A stretch of 64,000 nt of DNA from Candidatus Omnitrophota bacterium (GTDB taxonomy: Bacteria > Omnitrophota > Omnitrophia > Omnitrophales > Aquincolibacteriaceae): positions 64,889 to 128,888 of the forward strand of contig DAOSLF010000003.1 in the NCBI GenBank assembly GCA_035368605.1, in the 5' to 3' direction. Of this stretch, positions 59,367-64,000 are shown one piece after another. Every line of letters starts with the position of its first letter. Position 1 is the stretch's first letter. Under the pieces are notes generated by a model that saw only the letters and a program-made list of their open reading frames with translations, searched no databases and was not told the origin of the DNA. The translations under genes and the position numbers were made by a program.

Positions 59367-59882
59367 ATGCTGAAGGCGTTCGAGGAGAACCTGAAGAATA
59401 TTGCGGTCATCGACCGGGGGGACTTCCACGCGAAAGTCCGGGAAAGGATCGGGAAAAAAGCAACACCTTCCCTGGAAAAAAGGCTGACGAACATGATCCT
59501 TCTGCTCCCCAAGCTTCTGGCCCGGGCATACCGGCACAACGCCCGCCCGGAGGTCCCTTCCGACACCAAAAGACTGACGGGATACGCTTTAACTTATTTT
59601 TACCATCCCAAAGATTTCATCCCGGAGGACAACCGGCATCTTTTCGGATATCTCGACGATGCGTTCTATATCGGGCTCTTGTACGAACGAATCCTGAAAT
59701 CGCTGATTCACGCGGGCTGCGAACTTCAAGAGTTCGACAAGGCTTTCCTGAAGCAATTCGGTCTCGTGAAGCGGAGCATAAAACTCACGATCCCCCGTGA
59801 AGCATCGCTGATTGAGGGAATGATCGATAACATCCAGGCGGGTGCGGAGGCCGCATTGGCCGAAGCGTTTGCGCAGTCATAG
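59367..59882 (+). CDS. DUF1232 (YkvA-like) domain protein
   Basis: YFYHPKDFIPEDNRHLFGYLDDAFYIGLL resembles the DUF1232 signature (D-x-IPD ... GYxDD). Confidence 0.45.
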   Translation: MLKAFEENLKNIAVIDRGDFHAKVRERIGKKATPSLEKRLTNMILLLPKLLARAYRHNARPEVPSDTKRLTGYALTYFYHPKDFIPEDNRHLFGYLDDAFYIGLLYERILKSLIHAGCELQEFDKAFLKQFGLVKRSIKLTIPREASLIEGMIDNIQAGAEAALAEAFAQS

Positions 59883-59907
59883 CCTCTCCACATAAAGGAG
59901 CCGTACC

Positions 59908-60324
59908 ATGAGCGAAAAAAAGATTTTTATCACGGAAAAAGACGCCTCAAGACTCCGGGATCTGGTCAGGGACGGAACAAATTTCGGCGAGAACGGCCCT
60001 TTTTATCTCAAGCAACTGGTAAGCGAGCTCGAACGGGCCGAAATCGTCGAGTCGCAGAAAATCCCGAGAGATATCGTCACGATGAATTCCCTTGTCCGCT
60101 TCCGCGACCTGGATACCCGCGAGGTCTACGAATACAGCATCGTCTATCCAAGCTCCGCGGATCATCGATTGAACAAGGTCTCGATCCTGGCGCCGATCGG
60201 CATGGCGCTTTTGGGATGTCGCGTTAAGGACATCGTGGAGTGGCCGGTCCCCGCAGGAGTCCGCCGTCTCAGAATCGAGGAGATTCTTTACCAGCCCGAA
60301 GCGGCCGGAGAATTCGACCTTTGA
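59908..60324 (+). CDS. Rnk-like GreA/GreB-family C-terminal-domain protein (paralogue 1)
   Basis: 138 aa, the size and layout of regulator of nucleoside-diphosphate kinase (Rnk): VTMNSLVRFRDLDTREVYEYSIVYP ... ILAPIGMALLGCRVKD ... LYQPEA. Confidence 0.6.
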   Translation: MSEKKIFITEKDASRLRDLVRDGTNFGENGPFYLKQLVSELERAEIVESQKIPRDIVTMNSLVRFRDLDTREVYEYSIVYPSSADHRLNKVSILAPIGMALLGCRVKDIVEWPVPAGVRRLRIEEILYQPEAAGEFDL

Positions 60325-60404
60325 GGTGGGAAATCACATCTTAAACGCCAGCCTTGGGTCCGGCGCGACATCAAGCACAAATCTACAACAAGAAGGAGAA
60401 CCTC

Positions 60405-61856
60405 ATGATGCGATTCGATAAAAAAGTCCTCTGTATTGGATTCGGCTCGGTCGGAAGATGCACCCTTCCCCTCCTGCTCAAGCACATCCAGATCCCTTAC
60501 ACTAACATCACCGTCCTGGACTTCGAAGACAAGCAGAAAGAACTCGCTCCCTGGATCCGGAAAGGCGTCCGCTACGCCCGCGAGCGAATCACCCCGGTGA
60601 ACGTGGCCCGCACCCTTTCCAAATATGTGTCGCCCGGCGGGATGATCCTCGACCTTTCGTGGAACATTGATTCGATCGACATGATTTCCTGGTGCCATGA
60701 AAACAATGTTCTGTACGCGAACACCTCCGTCGAGGAATGGGACCCCTACGCCAATATCGACAAAAAAACACCCCTCGAAAAATCCCTTTATTTCAAGCAG
60801 CTCGAGATCCGCAAAATGACGTCCCGGTGGACCGATGGGGCGACCACCGCCGTTCTCGATCACGGCGCAAACCCCGGGCTTATCTCTCATTTCACAAAAC
60901 AGGGCCTGCTGGACATTGCCAAAAAGGCCATCCGGGACAAGACCACCCTGAAAAAAGACCGGATCATACTGGAACATTTTGTCCGCGAGGAAGAGTTCTC
61001 GCATCTCGCGATGAAACTCGGCGTCAAGACAATCCACATCAGCGAACGGGACACCCAGATCACCCGCCGCCCGAAAGAAGTGGATGAGTTCGTCGGCACC
61101 TGGTCGATAGAAGGGCTCCGCGAAGAAGCCATCTCTCCGGCCGAAATGGGCTGGGGCACCCACGAGCCGGAACTGCCACCGCTGGCTTACGTCCCGGAAT
61201 ACGGTCCCAAAAACCAGATCTTCCTTTCACAAATGGGAATGAACACCTGGGTCCGTTCCTGGGTCCCGAATTTTGAGATCGTCGGCATGGTCATCCGTCA
61301 CGCCGAAGCGTTCACGCTTTCGGAGCGGCTCACGGTATGGAAGAACAACAGGCCGATCTATCGCCCGACCGTCCACTACGCGTACATGCCCTGCAACGAA
61401 ACGCTTGCCTCGATCCACGAACTTCGCTGCCGGAATTATGAGCTGCAGCCCAAATGCCGCATCATGTCGGACGAGATCATCTCGGGAACGGATATCCTGG
61501 GGGCCCTCATCATGGGGCATAAATACAACTCCTGGTGGACCGGAAGCATGCTCTCGATCGGGGAATCGCGGCGTCTTGTGCCCCACCAGAACGCTACTAC
61601 CATTCAGGTCGCGATTGGGGTTGTCGCCGCAGCGATGTGGATGATCAAAAACCCCAAAAAAGGCGTTTGTGAACCGGAGGACCTGCCCCACGAAGACGTG
61701 CTCGAAACCGCCAAACCCTACTTGGGCACTTTCGTTTCGGAAGCTTCCGATTGGACTCCCTTTACGAACTATCAGGCGTTTTTTCCGGAAAACCCCGAAA
61801 CGATCCTGGACAAAAAGAATCCGTGGGGATTCAAGAACTTCCTCTTCAAACCCTGA
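60405..61856 (+). CDS. hss: Homospermidine synthase
   Basis: Colinear matches to bacterial HSS: LCIGFGSVGRCTLPLL (NAD-binding), HISERDTQ, TWSIEG, AEMGWGTHE, VHYAYMPCNE, QNATTIQV, DWTP. A strong SD AAGGAG sits 7 nt upstream of the chosen ATG. Confidence 0.8.
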   Translation: MMRFDKKVLCIGFGSVGRCTLPLLLKHIQIPYTNITVLDFEDKQKELAPWIRKGVRYARERITPVNVARTLSKYVSPGGMILDLSWNIDSIDMISWCHENNVLYANTSVEEWDPYANIDKKTPLEKSLYFKQLEIRKMTSRWTDGATTAVLDHGANPGLISHFTKQGLLDIAKKAIRDKTTLKKDRIILEHFVREEEFSHLAMKLGVKTIHISERDTQITRRPKEVDEFVGTWSIEGLREEAISPAEMGWGTHEPELPPLAYVPEYGPKNQIFLSQMGMNTWVRSWVPNFEIVGMVIRHAEAFTLSERLTVWKNNRPIYRPTVHYAYMPCNETLASIHELRCRNYELQPKCRIMSDEIISGTDILGALIMGHKYNSWWTGSMLSIGESRRLVPHQNATTIQVAIGVVAAAMWMIKNPKKGVCEPEDLPHEDVLETAKPYLGTFVSEASDWTPFTNYQAFFPENPETILDKKNPWGFKNFLFKP

Positions 61857-61885
61857 ACGCGAACCAGTCTGGACGGAAGGGCTCT

Positions 61886-62302
61886 ATGGTCCCGGAAAAA
61901 CTCCACCTTCCCAAGAGTGATTTTGAGCGTCTGAACGAGGCGATAACGGTCGCCCGGGAGATGGGCGACGGACGGGATATCATTCTTGGGAAGCTCAAGA
62001 AAAAGCTCAAGTCCGCCGAGGTGGTCTTATCCGATAAAATGCCGAAAAACACCGTCACGATGAACTCCGCCGGGAAGCTCCTCTGGCTCGACACGAAAGA
62101 GGTTCGTTTGTTCTGGCTGGGGTTCCCTTCCGCAGTGGATCATGACGGGAACAAGGTCTCGGTTTTTTCATCACTCGGCATTGCCCTTTTGGGCGCCCGG
62201 GTCGGCGAAGCCACCGCTCAGGAGGTCCCGACAGGCCACCGCATGTTCAAGGTCCTGAAACTGCTCTATCAGCCTGAGGCGATGCGGGACTATCACCTGT
62301 AG
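61886..62302 (+). CDS. Rnk-like GreA/GreB-family C-terminal-domain protein (paralogue 2)
   Basis: 138 aa, colinear with paralogue 1 (VTMNSAGKL ... SSLGIALLGARVGE ... LYQPEA). SD GGAAGG. Confidence 0.6.
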   Translation: MVPEKLHLPKSDFERLNEAITVAREMGDGRDIILGKLKKKLKSAEVVLSDKMPKNTVTMNSAGKLLWLDTKEVRLFWLGFPSAVDHDGNKVSVFSSLGIALLGARVGEATAQEVPTGHRMFKVLKLLYQPEAMRDYHL

Positions 62303-62364
62303 GCGGCGGAGACCGCCTGATAATATTTCTTGACTGGAATATTCCATAAATGGTATGTTCCGGC

Positions 62365-62667
62365 ATGAAAAAGCTTTCCATCGACCCCAAACTGCTTTCC
62401 AGAGCCGCCAGGACGCTGAAGGTGCTGGCGCATCCCGACCGTCTCAAGATCATCGAAGCGTTGCGCGTCAAGGCGCGCTCGGTCGGAGAACTCGTCGCGA
62501 AGCTCAGGATCCCGCAGGCCGCGGTCTCCAAGCACCTGATCCTCCTGAAAAAGGCGGGCATTCTTGCGAGCAAAAGCGAATGCAATTTCCGCTATTATTC
62601 CCTCGCCAACACCAAAGTCCTCGGTGTCCTGAATTGCATCAAGAAAAGTTGTTCCAGGGAGAATTGA
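62365..62667 (+). CDS. ArsR/SmtB-family transcriptional regulator
   Basis: LKVLAHPDRLKIIEALRVKARSVGELVAKLRIPQAAVSKHLILLKKAGIL, the wHTH of ArsR. Confidence 0.7.
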   Translation: MKKLSIDPKLLSRAARTLKVLAHPDRLKIIEALRVKARSVGELVAKLRIPQAAVSKHLILLKKAGILASKSECNFRYYSLANTKVLGVLNCIKKSCSREN

Positions 62668-62671
62668 TGTC

Positions 62672-64000
62672 ATGCGTATTCTTATTGTAGGAGGCGTGGC
62701 CGGCGGCGCGTCCGCTGCGACCCGCGCCCGGAGACTTTCGGAAGAAGCCGAGATCGTGATCTTTGAACGAGGCGAACACATTTCCTTCGCCAATTGCGGA
62801 CTCCCCTATCATATCGGCGGAACCATTCCGGACCGGGACCGTCTGATCATCCAGACTCCCGAGGCCATCCGGAAGACCTACAGGATCGATGTCCGCACTC
62901 GCACTGAAGTTTTACGGATCGACCCCCCCAAAAAGCAGGTCATCACGAAAGATCTCGCCACGGGGACCGAACGGAACGAGCCTTATGACTTCCTCATCCT
63001 GAGCCCCGGCGCCGAACCCGTCCGCCCCCCGCTCTCCGGCATCGATTCGAAACAAATCTTCACGCTCCGGAACCTCGCGGACATGGACGCCATCAAAAAA
63101 GCGGCGGCAAACGCGAAGGAACGCGCGCTCGTTATCGGAGGCGGCTACATCGGACTTGAAATGGCGGAAGCGTTACGCGGGCGACAAATCCCCGTCACGC
63201 TCGTGGAGATGGCCCCGCAGGTCATGGGCCCCGCGGATCCGGAAATGGCGGCACCCCTGCATCAGGAGCTTTTACTTCACGGCGTCGATCTTCGTCTGGG
63301 GACTTCGGTTAAGGCCTTCCGGGACGAAAAAGACGTTCTTTACGCCGACCTCAGCACTGGCGAATCCCTGCCCTTCGACTTTGCCGTCCTCGCAATCGGG
63401 GTCAAGCCCGAAACAAGACTCGCAAAAGACGCCGGCCTCAAACTCGGGACCCGCGGAGGGATCCTGGTCGACCCCGGGATGCGGACGAGCGATCCCTCGA
63501 TCTTCGCCGTCGGCGACGCGATCGAAATCAAGGATTTCATCACGGACGAGTCTTCGCTCATCCCCCTCGCTGGACCCGCAAACCGCCAGGGGCGGATCGC
63601 TGCGGATAATATTTTCGGCCGCAATTCAGTTTACAAAAAAACACAGGGCACCGCGATCTGCAAAGTCTTCGGCCTCGCGATCGGCATGACGGGTGCGAGT
63701 GAAAAGACGCTGAAACGACTGAAAACCCCTTACGAGAAGGTTCATATCCACGCCGCCTCTCACGCGAGCTACTATCCCGGCGCGGCGAAGATCGATCTCA
63801 AGCTGATCTTCGATCCGAAGAGCGGAAGGATTCTCGGCGCGCAGGCCGTCGGAGCAAACGGGGTGGACAAACGGATCGACGTAATCGCTACGGCCATCCG
63901 CGCGGGCCTCACCATCTACGATCTCGAAGATATGGAGCTTTCCTACGCTCCCCCGTTCGGATCCGCCAAGGATCCTGTCAATTACGCGGGATTCGTCGCC
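62672..64000 (+). CDS. CoA-disulfide reductase / NADH oxidase family pyridine-nucleotide-disulfide oxidoreductase (3' end beyond the window)
   Basis: MRILIVGGVAGGASAATRARRL (FAD GxGxxG) ... FANCGLPYHIGG (redox-active Cys) ... IGGGYIGLEMAEAL (NAD site). It runs to the window edge and is not in the ORF track because no stop codon is present. Confidence 0.8.
   Translation, partial: MRILIVGGVAGGASAATRARRLSEEAEIVIFERGEHISFANCGLPYHIGGTIPDRDRLIIQTPEAIRKTYRIDVRTRTEVLRIDPPKKQVITKDLATGTERNEPYDFLILSPGAEPVRPPLSGIDSKQIFTLRNLADMDAIKKAAANAKERALVIGGGYIGLEMAEALRGRQIPVTLVEMAPQVMGPADPEMAAPLHQELLLHGVDLRLGTSVKAFRDEKDVLYADLSTGESLPFDFAVLAIGVKPETRLAKDAGLKLGTRGGILVDPGMRTSDPSIFAVGDAIEIKDFITDESSLIPLAGPANRQGRIAADNIFGRNSVYKKTQGTAICKVFGLAIGMTGASEKTLKRLKTPYEKVHIHAASHASYYPGAAKIDLKLIFDPKSGRILGAQAVGANGVDKRIDVIATAIRAGLTIYDLEDMELSYAPPFGSAKDPVNYAGFVA

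Overview
This is a GC-rich (about 60-65 % GC) bacterial chromosomal segment, densely coded on both strands. I could not assign the organism. Most of the content is housekeeping genes: secD-yajC-tgt, queA, queD, trmI, ispG, ispH, thiC, a menaquinone futalosine-pathway radical-SAM gene, greA, era, trxA, nth, pfk, htpX, one tRNA-Arg(CCG), and a split AddA/AddB helicase-nuclease pair. Among these sits an unusually high number of second-messenger signalling genes: an HD-GYP protein, an EAL protein, a PilZ protein, a CHASE2-GGDEF protein, a CHASE2 adenylate cyclase, a GAF-PP2C phosphatase, a histidine kinase and two stand-alone receiver proteins. Five observations stand out beyond ordinary annotation. 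(1) A roughly 50-bp perfect palindromic repeat (AAAACGGGGTCAGTCACC-loop-GGTGACTGACCCCGTTTT) occurs three times at gene 3' ends as bidirectional terminator-like elements, and a fourth, diverged copy is embedded in frame inside the addB-like coding sequence. (2) A roughly 2.5-kb low-GC island behind a very AT-rich leader carries a translationally coupled three-gene minor-pseudopilin operon. Its third gene encodes an E5-less PilX/GspK-like protein with periodic SGN repeats that look like a beta-helix. (3) A three-gene envelope operon on the minus strand encodes a TPR plus beta-barrel outer-membrane protein followed by two secreted FecR-domain paralogues. It converges on the CHASE2 adenylate cyclase and has no ECF sigma factor nearby, so it is a candidate unrecognised trans-envelope sensory system. 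(4) Homospermidine synthase is flanked by two paralogous Rnk-like (GreA-family C-terminal domain) proteins. (5) There are a P-loop kinase-dCMP deaminase fusion, an internally deleted quinone oxidoreductase remnant, and long homopolymer tracts (C9, G10) at promoter-proximal positions. Many long ORFs in the provided track lie antisense to the real genes and are GC-rich artefacts; those are listed under rejected.
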